Origin: Squalus acanthias
Taxonomy: Eukaryota
DNA length: 64,000 nt
Reading direction: 5' to 3'
Assembly: GCA_030390025.1 (NCBI GenBank)
Contig: CM059432.1
Span: 81,842,001-81,906,000, forward strand
Shown here: in pieces, positions 24,530 through 37,030 of the stretch
How the letters are laid out: each line of letters starts with the position of its first letter
How positions within the stretch are numbered: the first letter of the stretch is position 1
Notes under the pieces: model-generated
Seen by the model: the letters and a program-made list of their open reading frames with translations, nothing else
Told to the model about the DNA's origin: nothing
Databases searched by the model: none
Translations under genes and position numbers: made by a program

Positions 24530-24770
24530 ACACTGTTACATTATTTAACTTCATGTCCATTTGTAAAATTAATGAATCGCTTCAGGACTTCAGTCATTAA
24601 TTAAAACACAGAAACAAAGCTGGTGTGGGACCCTGCGGCCCAGCAATGTGATCCCATTCCATAACATTTTCGGTATGAGAAAAGAGCTGGTAACGTAATA
24701 CATGCCTTCTGGGAGGTTTACTTTCCATCCTGAGCTGTCAGTCTAGTTCAGTACAGGAGCTGGAGTCTAA
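24530..24770. repeat. Copy 2 of the duplicated conserved unit; contains 43-codon minus ORF 24597-24728
   Basis: See copy 1 at 22745-22977. Confidence 0.85.
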
Positions 24771-24784
24771 ACCTGTTCATCCTT

Positions 24785-25170
24785 CTTTTAAAACATTTTC
24801 TCGGGATTGGGAAACACTAGCAAGGCAGCAGTTATTGCCAGTTTTAGTTGCCCTGCGAGGTGGTAGTGGATCTTCTCCTTGAACCAATGCAATCCTTATG
24901 GTGATGGTGTTCCCAAAATAGTGTTAGGTAAGGAATTCCAGGACTCTGACCCAGCAACGATGAAGGAACAGTGATATATGTCCAAGTCGGGGTGGCATGT
25001 GACTTGGAGGGGAACTTGGAGGTATTGGTGTTTCCATGACATTGTTGCTCTTATCCTTCTTGATGGTAGAGGTCACAGGTGAGGGAGGTGCTGTTGAAAT
25101 AACCTTAGTGAGTTGCTGCAATGCATCGTGTAGAATGTACATACTGCAGCCACAGTGCAAGTAGCACTGT
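24785..25170 (-). mobile_element. LINE family B 3' fragment (older)
   Basis: Diverged homologue of 7340-7710. Confidence 0.75.
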
Positions 25171-25456
25171 GCAACTCTAGTTTCTCTGAAATCAAGCAAG
25201 GCTGTGACCATTGGAAGAAAGGTAATTATCAATCTACCCATCTATCTAATACCCCACTAATAGTACAGAATCATTTTACGAAGAAGTTTCTGTAAAACCC
25301 AAGACCCACGCACCAGCAAGCCCATGTGTTCATGATTGTTAGAAAGTCACAAGCTGTAACTTTTGATCTGGATCTGCCTGATGGCTGGGCATGGCCTGTA
25401 TAGACCAACAATCAGGAAAACCTCTTGCTTGCTAGCACAGCCAGGCTGAAGACTCG

Positions 25457-27085
25457 GGGTGAAATTCGATACCGCTGGAAAAACTGGCGCGGGCACTGCA
25501 ATGCACGATATGCCCTCGCCTGTTCACGGAGCGCAGGCAGCACATCAACTTCGTGCTGCCTGCTAATTATAATGATTGAACGCACTGCTGACAGGCTGTG
25601 TGCTCAGCAGGGGGCCAAAGTTGGCAATGTTCGAGTGAGGCTAGCTTTACTCTTAAAGGTGAGCTGCCTTCTGCTGATGAAAAATGGTAAAAGTGCTTCA
25701 GCACCAACACAAATGGCTCAACAGGGCCAGGGAAAGGGCACCCAGGGTCTCAGACACAGCACTCGAACTTTGTGCAGGGGGTCAACACTGGAAGAGAGCT
25801 CCTCTACCCACAGGGGGCCAGGAGGCCTTCCAGAAAGAAGCATATGGGACCAGATCGCTGAGGCGGTCATTGCCAGCAGTGTCGCTCCCAGAACCTGGCT
25901 CCAGTGCCCAAAGAAGTTTCATGACTTCAGACCAGTGGTCAAGGTCAGTGAATGCATCTTCAAAAGCTGTCTCCTACCAACTGAACCACTAGCCTCACAC
26001 ACTGCTCAATGCACGACCCCACCCCAATCCTCGCCCCCCCCCCCAGTCACTCACCTACCAACAATCTCTAACAAACACGAGACACACCTCACCTCATCCC
26101 CTTGGAGAAGACGGTGCTGGCCATTCTTGGCAGGTGCATGGCTGAGCCCTTGGCCAGCAGCGGGGCTGAAAGAATACAAGATGCTGATATCCTCATACGT
26201 TATCCTCTTCTCACATCCCACTTCCCCCTCGTCCCACAATATCTTCTGATTTACAAGCTGCACATGGTGTAAGCATACACCTCTTGCTTTACTCCCCTCC
26301 CCTCGCCACAATCCTACCCTTGTGCCTTCCTCATTTCAGACACACAAGAAATCCAGCCCGCCCAACCAATGGTTCACCAAGAAGAGGAAGAGGAGAATGA
26401 AGAACAAGAAAAAGAAACACCATCACTCGATTTCACACTCCCAGCCACCAACTCCTCAAGGTCGACCTGCAAGGCCATCTGAGTTCTCCCCCACTGAAAG
26501 TCAGCAGCCTTCCACCAGCCATGCTGCAGCCACTGAGGTAGCACTGCGTAAGATCACTAGGATAGGCAAAGGCGCACGCAAGGCATTCACTAAGGGAATG
26601 CAAAAGAGTGATTAGTTGATTTTTTTGATGTAATATTGGATGCATATATGGATAAAGTTGGAGTGGAAAGTTTGTTTTGTGGTGGCTTTTACTTCAGCAT
26701 TGTGGCCAAGAGGTCGCTGTGATGGTCAGTAACAGAGGGAAGGTAAGGTGTAGGACAAATGTTGAAAGGGGAATTGGGGTTGTGTTCACTGGTACCTCAG
26801 GCGGATGAATCAATCCCGGATATCCTGGCCAGAAAGGGGTTGTCTGGGTTGCCTCTTTCCTTCTGTTTCCTCCTCTTCTACTTCTTCCTCTTCCTACTCC
26901 TCCTCTTCCTCCTCCTTGTCCTCCTCCCTCTGCGAGTAGCTTGTCCCCTTTGCTGCCTCTGCTCCATTTCCATGTCATGCGGCAGCCTAACTCGATCCCC
27001 AGGACTGGGAGCAAGTGGTGCTCTCAGAGGCCTTCCTTTAAGAACCAAAGCCTTGAAAACATCCAGCAGCACTCCCCGAACACAA
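25457..27085 (+). mobile_element. Non-autonomous PIF/Harbinger element, same family as 10359-12502, right end lost
   Basis: Starts ggggtgaaattcg. Myb-like WDQIAEAVIASSVAPRTWLQCPKKFHDF. Shares deletion junctions with 10359-12502. Confidence 0.85.
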
Positions 27086-27089
27086 TGTT

Positions 27090-27515
27090 GGCTACAGACA
27101 CTGACAACATTCCAGCTGTAGTGCTGAAGGCCTGTGCACCAGAACTAGCTGCATCCCCAGTCAAGCTATTGCAGTGCAGCCATGACACTGGCATCAACTT
27201 GACAGGGTGAAAAATTGCCCAAGTATGTCCTATCTACAAAAAGCAGGACAAATCTAACCCAGCCAATTACTGGCCTATCGGGTTTTCCCAATAGAAATCA
27301 TCAACAGTACCAGAGAGCGACACCTACTCATGAATAACATTCTCGCTGCCGCTCAGTTTGGGTTACATCAGAATTGCTCATCACAGCCTTGATGCAGACA
27401 TGGATGCAAGAGCTCAATGCCAGGGAAGAGTCGAGAGCTGCTTTCAAAGTATAACACCAAGGAGTTCTAGCAAAACTGAGGTCAGTGAGGGTCAAGAACA
27501 AAGTCCTTCAATGAC
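27090..27515 (+). mobile_element. LINE family B RT fragment
   Basis: DNIPAVVLKACAPELA motif and a QFG motif. Confidence 0.75.
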
Positions 27516-27609
27516 TATATAACAGATGATCTTTTCCCATCCCTTTTTCAGATGGTCAAATGTTCACTGTGAGTTAACAATGCACCCTTCAAAGCATTGC
27601 CCCACAGGT

Positions 27610-28050
27610 GTCAGCTGTGGCTCAGTGGGTAGCACCATCGCCTCTGAGGCAGAAGGTTGTGGGTTCACCTCCCACTCCAGAGACTTGAGCACATAAATCT
27701 AGGCTGACACTGCTGAGGGAGTGCTGCACTGTCGGAGGTGCTGTATTTCGGATGAGACATTAAACCGAGGCCCCATCTGCTCTCTCAGGTGGACGTAAAA
27801 GATCCTATGGCACTATTTCTAAGAAGAGCAGTGAAGTTATCCCTGGTGTCCTGGCCAATATTTATCCCTCAAGCAACATCACTAAAAAACAGATTATCTG
27901 GTCATTATTACATTGCTGTTTGTGGGAGCTTGCTGTGTGCAAATTGGCTGCCGTGTTTCCTACATTACAACAGTGACTACATTTCAAAAAGTACTTCATT
28001 GGCTGTAAAGCACTTTGGGACATCCGGTGGTCGTGAAAGGTGCTATATAA
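27610..28050 (+). mobile_element. tRNA-derived Deu-domain SINE (SacSINE1-like), full length
   Basis: A box tggctcagtgggtag, B box-like gggttcacctccc, Deu-like core gatgagacattaaaccgagg...gatcctatggcac...ggtgtcctggccaa, and an L2-like tail. Confidence 0.85.
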
Positions 28051-29277
28051 TGTTATTATTCATTACTTCAAAACATAGCATTTTTTCCTTTGTAGGAGAT
28101 AATTCTTACTTAGTAGGTCATTTCTCATCTCAGAAAGCTTGGGTTCCCAACCTGCACTAACTTTCCTGAGTTGTCCACCTCTGGATTCGCCTATGTGATG
28201 GTCTGGGCACTGAAGAGCTGCTCTGGGATAAGTAAAGACTGTTCCCATGATATATATTGGCAAAGCAGTTCCAGGTGCAAGTGGAAACCTGAAATTGATG
28301 ATGCTCACAGGAGGGAAAATGATTCACCAAATAAAAGACCTCTATCTGCAGGTAGAAGATAAGTTATTTTGAAGGCAGTGGGAAATACTTTATATTAAAA
28401 ATACTTCTAACCTTTCCTTTTTCTCGTGTGCATCTGAAAACTTGTCCTAACCCAATAAACAGTTAGGATTCAATAATATAATCTGAGGCAATCAACTGAA
28501 AAATATATTTACTGCTACTATTTACAGTCTGTCAAGAAATCAATAGGAATCTGATTTTGATGTATTGCTGTCTATCAGACTGTCTGTGGTCAAAAATAAG
28601 GATTAGGATCAGTGTGGAAGAAGGTGACTAGGAAATTACCTATCAAAACGCATGAGAACAGTTAGAATGGAACATAGGATATTATTAGGATTCATTTTCA
28701 TGTAACAATTAGATAATGTCAAGATCGCAATCATCATTATATTTGAAGACCTGTCTGTTGAATGAACAGAACATCAAGAAACTTAAATGTAGCACTGAGC
28801 CCTTCAGAGCGTAATATTCAGACTCTTTATTATATAAACTGTTTGAATTCACAAATAAGTTCATAAAGGTGGATTGATTTTTGTCCTCTTGGCATTAAGG
28901 GCTTACTTCCTTCACCTATTTACATTGGCAACATGAGAATAGTGTCCAAGGAATCAGACCCACTTCACTGCCAATAATAGCAGAGTAATGCAGCAATGTA
29001 AGAGGGGTTTACCAGGTAACAAGGGGGGCCCGTTACTTCTTACATCTTGCTGCTAATCATGGTAGAGATAAGACCAGTAAGAAAGTGATACTGATCTCAT
29101 CTGTGTGCAGATCATTGTAACTCGTTTGAATCATTGTATTCCAATTAAATATGTGCTGGCATTACATAATCAGATTTTCAAATGTACATTCTTTATTAAG
29201 AAGGTTTTGTGTGGAGACTGCACTTTGAACCCAATGACAAAATGGTATTAGCACAAAGCTCACAGCTGAGCTACATT

Positions 29278-30014
29278 GGCCCAGAAATGAAAGACGGAGC
29301 CTTCCTGCGGGGGTAAGGCTTCCCCGCGATATCTCACTGCGCGCCTGCCTTTTCCTTCCGAGCTCGCACGAACTTGAGTTTCTAGACAGCAGCTGTGCAG
29401 TGTGTGCGTATACCACAGACGCAGTTAATTCGTGCGAGCTGTGGGATCACGTGATTCAGTTAGAGCCAATGGCAGCACACCATCTTTCATTCATAGTTTT
29501 CATAGCAAGGGCTGTGAAAGCTATGAATACTATACCACCCCCCAAAAGAACAGCTGAACCTCAATTAAATTTTTTTTTTAAAACCATCACATTAATAAAA
29601 TAAGTATAGTTAAATAAATTAACCACTTTAAACAAAAAATTAAATTTTTGAAAAAATTTAAAATCTTTTTAAAAGTTAGAAAAATAAACTTACCTTTCTT
29701 TAAAGTCTCTAAAAAAGATATACCTGTTGAAAAAAATTCAAAAATAATACTTAATTAACTACTTACCTTGTTAAAAGAGGGTCTTACGCCTCCTTTCTTT
29801 ATGTGCAAAATCTTCCATGCTTACCTGCGCGTTCAAAGCACTAAGTGCACTGCGTGCGCGCAGCCTGTAGCGCGCACGCGGTTCACCTAGGAACCGCCCC
29901 TTTTGAAATCACCAAGTGCCGGTTTTCAGTGCATGCGCAGTGCATGCTGGAAACCGGCAATTGGAGACAGAATACGCGAGAGTACTCTTGCGTACTGATA
30001 CTAATTTTTGGGCC
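29278..30014. mobile_element. Harbinger-type MITE
   Basis: TIRs ggcccagaaat / atttttgggcc, 3-bp TSD att and an AT-rich core. Related to 50621-51351. Confidence 0.8.
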
Positions 30015-30353
30015 ATTATGTACCATCTCAGATATTATGCTGAACCAAGAGTTTTCATATAAGATCAGCCCGATCCGTTGCTACAGTAAGACAGCCATTT
30101 AAGATCAGTTATATTCATATTAAGCAGTGAAAGTGTACCATAGTCAGTGAATGATAACCCCAACCCACCATAAAAGCCTCACTTCTTATTCAAAATTTGT
30201 CTCCCTTTTCAATGAGTTTGTAAATTGGACATTTTTGACATTGTTTAAAGAAATTGTTTCATTCTTCAGAGAAAAGCTAGTCCCCAACAATATCCTTGAA
30301 CAGAGGCCCAACCAGTCCCCATCCACTACCACCCTCCTGGCTGAACTTGTTCT

Positions 30354-30482
30354 GATGCGGAGATGCCGGTGTTGGACTGGGGTGGACAAAAATGAGAAGT
30401 CGCACAACACCAGGTTATAGTCCAACAGTTTTATTTGAAATCACGAGCTTTCGGAGCGCTGCTCCTTCGTCAGGTAAAGGTA
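30354..30482 (-). mobile_element. Penelope-type terminal-repeat insertion with 10-bp TSD, nested in another Penelope element
   Basis: TSD aacttgttct at 30344-30353 and 30483-30492. Confidence 0.85.
30441..30477 (-). ncRNA. Minimal type I hammerhead ribozyme motif
   Basis: Minus strand reads UUAC-CUGACGA-A-GGAGC-agc-GCUCC-GAAA-GC-UC-GUGA. Confidence 0.72.
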
Positions 30483-32029
30483 AACTTGTTCTCACATTGA
30501 ACAACTTCTCCTTTGATTCCACTCACTTCCTGGAACCAAATTAAAGGTGTTGCTATGGGAACCCGCATGGGTCCTAGCTATGCCTGCCTTTTCATGGGAT
30601 ATGTGGAACATTCTTTGTTCCAGTCCTAATCAGGTCTCCTCCCTCACCTCTTTTTCTGGTACATTGATGACTGTATCGGTGCCGTTTCCTGCTCTCGCCC
30701 TGAACTAGAAAATTTCATTGACTTTGCTTCCAATTTCCACCCTTCCCTCACCTTCACATGGTCCACCTCTGACTCTTCCCTTCCCTTCCTCGACTTCTCT
30801 GTCTCCATTTCTGGGGATAGGCTATCGACAAACATCCACTATAAGCCCACTGACTCCCACAGCTACCTGGACTACACTTCCTCCCACCCTGCTTCCTGTA
30901 AGGACTCTATTCGATTCTCCCAGTTTCTCCGTCTCCGTCGCATCTGCTTTGACCATGTCACCTTCCATACTAGTGCTTCCGATATATCTTCCTTTTTCCT
31001 CAACTGAGGATTCCCCTCTACCATGGTTGACATGGCCCTCAATCGTGTCCATCCATTTCCCGCACTTCTGCTCTCACCCCATCCCCCCCTCCAAGAACCA
31101 CAATAGGGTTCCCCTTGTCCTCAACTTTCATCCCACCAGCCTCCACATTCAATGAATCATGTTCCGCCATTTCGCCACCTCCAGCGTGATCCCACCACCA
31201 AACACATCTACCCCACCCCTCCCCTTTCAACATTCCGAAGGGACCGCTCCCTCTGCGACACCCTGGTCCACTCCTCAATCACCCTCAACACCCCCTACCC
31301 TTCCCACGGCACCTTCCCATGCAAGCACAGGAGATGCAATGCCTGCCCTTTTACCTCCTCCCTTCCCACTGACCAGGGCTCCAAACACTCCTTCCAGGTG
31401 AAACAGTGATTTACTTGTACTTCTTGCAATTTAGTATATTGTATTCGCTGCTCACGATGTGGTCTCCTCTACATTGGGGAGACCAAATGCAGATTGGGTG
31501 ACTGCTTTGCGGAACACCTCTGTTCAGTCCGTAAACGTGACCCCGAGCTTCCGGTCGCCTGTCACTTTATTTCTCCACTTCACTCCCACTCTGACCTCTC
31601 TGTCCTCGGCCTCTTACACTGTTCCAACAAAGCTCAACGTAAGCTCGAGGAACAGCACCTCATCTTTCGATGAGGCACTTTACAGCCTTCTGGACTCAAC
31701 ATCGAGTTCAACAATTTCAGACTATAACCTCTGCCCCTATTTTTTCACATGGCAGCTGTTGATGATTCTGCCATTCCCATTTACACCTCATCTAGACTCA
31801 TCTTTCTTAACTTGTCCCATTACCAATCTACTTTTGCTTTGCACCATCATCCCCTTTGTCTTTTAATCTCCATCCTATCACAGACCTTCCCTTTTGTTCT
31901 TTGCTCCCCTCAGTATAGAAAGCTATGCAGAATGCAGCACATGACCAGAAATCTGCTGAGTTCCTCCTGAACGGTCCATGCAGTGGAAGTATTGCTTGAG
32001 CACGGCAATGGTCAGAATTCACGTGTGAA

Positions 32030-32440
32030 ACACAGAAAATAGCCAAAAACAGCACAGAAGTTAACCAGCAGCCTAAGAGAACAAACCAGCAACTAACCTG
32101 TATGGAGGAGATGAGCCTTTTAAATAGCGCTCCTGCAAGGTCTTTGCTGACTGTTAGCGCTATGAGTTGCTCGGCGAGATTATCACATGGTGAGTCAGGC
32201 ACTGGGCAGACCAATTACAAACAAGGTCCCACATGTAGCATAGGACCCTTATTTAGATATATAAGGAGCTTCTTGAATCATTACAACATGCGCGCTGAAC
32301 ACCTAGAGCAGCCCAATCCAACCGCTGGTGGCGCACTTCTGGCGTGGGATGGGTGTGCGCCTGCCATCTGCCATATTGGACCCTTAGACGCCCATTTTAT
32401 GCTTGAAAATTAGGTGCAGCACAATCGAATTTCTCGCCCA
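32030..32440. mobile_element. Harbinger terminal fragment
   Basis: Ends in ...tcgaatttctcgccc. Subterminal region resembles 35040-35403. Confidence 0.5.
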
Positions 32441-32637
32441 AGGAATCCATTTTACCAGCTGAAATGGGTACTATGTATTTGCATATTCCAGGTTAATAGC
32501 GAGGAGAGTGTTAGTAATCTATCAACCAGTAAAACAAAACATTCCAGACTCCTTAGTAATATCTGAGAGATATTAGCCTGGATTTGATGCAGTGATCATT
32601 AAGGTGGTCAGTTAATAAAGTGGTCAGTAAAGATTTA

Positions 32638-35403
32638 GGCCTAGAAATTCGTTTTCCCCCTAAAACGGATGCGGGAATCGTGATGCACTAGCAATCCGTG
32701 CCCGTTCGGAGGACTGCAGGCAGCACGTGAACATTTCCATGGCTGTGGCATTCAACCCAGCGCTAAATGCGCTGCTGAGTGGCTGAACGCTCAGCAGGGG
32801 CCGCAGTTCATGCGAGTCTAGCACCAATTAAAGCTAGCCTGCACTTCTTAGAGGCGGTTTGCACCTCTTAAAGGGGAGGTGCATTCTGCCTGCAGCAGCT
32901 CCTTCAACATGGAAGGGATGGGCAGATCCATCAGTGCACTTGTGGACCCAACCATGATGCAGCGTCTGATGGCTGATGTCTCAGCTTCCATTGCAGCACA
33001 AGGACAAGCCACCCTACATCTGAGTGCTGCAATGGAAGCTCAGACTAAAGTCATGCAAGGTCAGACTGCTCTCATGCAGTCTCAGCTTGCTGCCACACAA
33101 GCTCAGACTGATGCCATCGTGGCTGTGTTTACTAGTGTGGAAAAGGGCTTGCAGGATATCACATCATTCCAGCAATCTTTCCTCCAACAGATGACTAGGA
33201 ATGCTGAGGCACTGCCCCGGGGGAGTAGCAGTGGCTCCGTAAAGGACGAATCTGCTGTCCTCTCTCAGGATGACAACATGCGTCCTCCCACCACTGATAC
33301 TCCGCCAGTGCCCTTGCTGTTTCCTATCAGCCAGCCAGCCCAGACTGCTGCTGCCCAGTGCCGAGGTGGTGCAGTCTGCAATCAGGCCTTCTAGGCCTAG
33401 AGGTGCTCAAGGTCGTCCTACAAGGCCATCTGCAATCTCCCCCACTGAAAGTCAGCAGCCGTCCACCAGCCATGCTGCAGCCACTGGGGTAGCACTTCTT
33501 AAGACAGGCAAAGCCACACTGAAGGCAGGCACTAAGGAAATGTACAAGGGTGATTAGTTGACTTTGTTAGGTTATATTGGATGGATAGATGGATAAAGTT
33601 GGGTTGGATTGTTTCTTTTGTGGTGGCTTTTATTTCAGCATTGTGGCCAAGAGGAGGCTGTGATGGTCAGTAACAGATGGAACGTAAGATGTGGGATTAT
33701 TGTTGAATGGGGAATGTGGGTTGCGTTCACTTGTACCGCAGTCAGATGAGTCGATCATGGACAGCCCGGGCAGAAAGCGGCTTTCTGGGCTGCCTCCTCC
33801 CTTCTGCTTCCTCCTCTTCTGACTCCTCCTCCTCCTCTTCCGACTCCTCCTCTTCCGCTTTCTCCTCCTCCTGCACCTTTTACTCCTCTTCCTCCTCCCC
33901 TTCAGCTGCTTGCCATATGCCTGGCAGCAAGGGCTGTACCCTCATGATGGCGAGTTTGAGGAGAATACAGCAGACCACGACGAATCTTGAGAATCCTGCA
34001 GGGCTCCGCCAGAGCGGTCCAGGCAGCGGAAGCATTGTTTATGGATGCCAATTGTCTGTTCTATCAGATTCTGTGTGGCAGCATGGCTCTCATTGTCTGC
34101 ATGCTGCCCACGTGTGGTTGGGTTACAGAGCAGAGCCAGAAGCCAGGCGGTCAGCGGATAGCCCTCATCGCCCAGTAGCCACCCTCTGGTTTGTCTTGGT
34201 GGCTCAAAGACTGAGGGAACAGTGGACTGGTGCAGAATGAAAGAATCATGACTACTGCCTGGGCATTCACCTTCATGATGTGCTGAGCATTGTTGCATAC
34301 GAACTGCACATTCAGCAACTGGTAACCTTTGCAGTTGTGGTACATCTCAGCATTTAGATGCGGCGCCCGCAAAGCCTCGGGCATGTAGTCGATAGTGCCC
34401 TGCACCATGGGGAAGCCTACTATCCTGGCAAATCCACGTGCCACGCTACGCCTGCTTTTCTCTGGTCAGAGAGAAGACAATGAAGTATCCTTTCCTGGCA
34501 TAAAGAGCGTCTGTCACCTCTATTATGCAGCAGTGGACGGCAAACTGGGAGATGTTACAGATGTCATCTGCTCCAGCCTGGAAGGATCTCAACATGAAGA
34601 AATTCAAGGTCACAGTCCACTGGCAGCACTGTCCTTATCCTGGTGTGAGGCTGCAGGTCTGGTTACAAGAGGTGGCAGAGTTCTGTCACACCTCCTTCAT
34701 AAAGCACAGATGCCTCACACACTGCTCCTGGCTCAGGTTGAGGTAAGAGAATTGCTCTCAGAAGACCCTAGGTGGGTAAGGCCTCCTGCTGATAATCCTT
34801 CTCCCCCCTCCTCCTCCCTATGTGAGCAGCTTGTCTTCTTCGTTGCCTCTGCTCCACCTCCCTGTCATGCTGCAGGCGAAGGGGGATGACATCTAGAGCC
34901 CCCATGACTGGGAACAAGTGGTCTGACCAGAACCCTTGAAGTCAGAAGCAAGGCCTTCTCCACTTGCAGCACCACACCCTGTCACCTCACCAACTTTAAA
35001 CAACTCTAGAATGCTCCAAACACTTCCACAAACTTACACAGAGCCAGTAGAAATTAATCAGCAACTGACCCGAGAGTGGTTAATGATCCCTTTAAATACC
35101 ACTGGTAAGGGGTCCTTGCAGCTGCTGAACACATGTTCAGCTGTGCAAGGTTAACTTACAGCACTGAGGACGAAAATGGCAGCGCTGGCGTCAAATCAGC
35201 GGTGCATGCTGATTGACGTCACAATCTGCCCACTCTACATACTTCTGGCGCACACTCGCAATGCCGACGCTATCGCCCTCACCAAGATGGCATCCAGCAC
35301 GGCCCGCTCCAGAAATGCGCACGCTGCTCGGATGCCATTTTTGCTCCAAATCAGCACCCATAGTGCCCAAACAATGGATGCTACGCAATCAAATTTTTAG
35401 CCC
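32638..35403. mobile_element. PIF/Harbinger transposon with both TIRs; Myb gene 5' part deleted, transposase pseudogene kept
   Basis: TIRs ggcctagaaatt / aatttttagccc with TSD TTA (32635-32637, 35404-35406). The two genes are convergent. Confidence 0.92.
33740..34905 (-). pseudogene. HARBI1-like DDE transposase, frameshifted
   Basis: GFPMVQGTID, NCKGYQLLNVQFVC, PGSSHDSFIL, WLLGDEGYPL and NESHAATQNLIEQTIG motifs across several frames, plus an acidic tail. Confidence 0.88.
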
Positions 35404-35419
35404 TTAGATTTCAATTAAG

Positions 35420-35866
35420 TAAGAAAGAAAGACTTGCATTTATATAACGCCTTTCACGACCACCGAACATCCCAAAGTGTTTTACAGCCAATGAAATACT
35501 CTTTGAAGTGTAGTCACTGTTGTAATGTAGGAAACGTGGCAGCCAATTTGCGCTCAGCAAGCTCCCACAATGTGATAATGACCAGATAATCTGTTTTAGT
35601 GATGTTGATTGAGGGATAAATATTGACCAGGACACCGGGGATAACTCCCCTGCTCTTCTTCGAAATAGTGCCATAGGATCTTTTACGTCCACCTGAGAGA
35701 GCAGACGGGGCCTCAGTTTAACGACTCATCCGAAAGATGGCACCTCTGACAGTGCAGCACTCCCTCAGCACTGCACTAGAGTGTCAGCCTAGATTTTTGT
35801 GTTCAACGCTCTGGAGTGGGACTTGAACCCATGACCTTCTGACTACCCACTGAGCCACTGGCTGAC
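35420..35866 (-). mobile_element. Deu-domain SINE (SacSINE1-like), full length
   Basis: Reverse-complement homologue of 27610-28050. Confidence 0.85.
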
Positions 35867-36629
35867 ACACATGTCTAAAATTAAAGATACTTTTTGGGGG
35901 AAATACAATGTCATGATTTTGTTTTCAAAGCCTACGTAATATTTTTTTAAAATCCTTACAGTACCTTTCAAAACTAATTGAGTGTACTGTATGTAATGAG
36001 CTCTTAAACAAGACAGATGTCGATGTAACAAAATGAGTATTGTCTAAAAGCATAAAACGAAACACTCTAGAGCCTTGATATGTAGTCTGCATTTCTACAA
36101 GCAGACAAAACGTTAATGTTGTCTTATTACTGCAAGAAAGAACATGAACTACTCAGATGTCTGTTATAATCACTAGCGATGGCTCAAAGGAGAGACAACA
36201 GAGTCTGTATATTTAAAATCAAACACAAGCATCTGGAAAGAAAACTGAACAGCTTCTGCGAAAACCATCAAAGTCTAGCATTACATTTTAAATCAGGCTG
36301 TTTATATTTTTCTCCTTTTCTCCCCATTCCATGGTTAATAATTATCTTCACTTTCTTCACTTTAGTCATGATGATGACAGGAGCCTTTGGTGTGCTCATG
36401 GTGCTTTGTTAGTGGTCTTCTGTAATTGGCTGACAGAAGCACAATTAAATGAAATGGCATCTACCAAGTTTTGCCTCCCCAGAGATGGTACACATAGCAT
36501 TCCATCGAGCTGCCAGCTTAAAACTACTGCAAGTCATTCTACTGAGGTAAGCAAGTTTAAATGACAGGCACCCTTCAGACTTGAGTATGTAGTTTGGGGA
36601 GTATCTGTTGGGATGGTCATCAACAAGTT

Positions 36630-37030
36630 AAGTTATGGGGTGCGGGGGAGGGCGAGCGGAGTCGGAATCACAGAGGGTGGCGGTCCCGGGGCGACAGCAA
36701 CCCAGATTACTGCTCCTCCGAGTCCCGCCAAAATAATTTGACCCTTACTTTGGCCGGCCTCTTCGGGACCATCGCCGTGGAATTGATGTGCCTAACGCAG
36801 TCTCCAACCAGTTCCGACCTAAAATGGCAATTAGGGTTCCATTTACATCATAGGACCCCAATTTTCATATTTAAAGGGGCCTACTGCCTGAAACAGGCGA
36901 ACATTTTGAAAACCTGGCGGTAGGCCCCTTTAAAAATGGACCTGGCTGCATCGCCGGTGTAACGGGGCGGTAAGGCTACCGACCCCATTTTGAGGCTGTT
37001 AATGCCAGGCAAAGGCAGTGAAAACTAGCC
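36630..37030. mobile_element. GC-rich Harbinger-type MITE fragment
   Basis: Shares taggaccccaattttcatattta with 52500-52525. Ends in ...gaaaactagcc. Confidence 0.45.

Larger units (their letters stand above)
30290..31900 (+). mobile_element. Penelope-like retroelement, 5'-truncated (RT C-half plus GIY-YIG endonuclease; frameshifts and stops)
   Basis: QIKGVAMGTRMGPSYACLFMG, YIDD, LPFLDF...HYKPTDSHSYLDYTSSHP and GIY-YIG-like NLVYCIRCSRCGLLYIGETK...FAEH motifs. Confidence 0.92.

Noticed and set aside
25425..26249. 274-aa ORF as a host gene
   Set aside because: It is a read-through of Harbinger subterminal sequence, frameshifted Myb exon 1 and intron.
27610..27680. tRNA-like sequence with A and B boxes (also at 14569, 38138, 49605, ~56590-56665)
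   Set aside because: These are SINE heads with no complete cloverleaf.
33707..34240. Ser-rich 177-aa plus-strand ORF
   Set aside because: It is the antisense of the acidic C-terminus of the Harbinger transposase.
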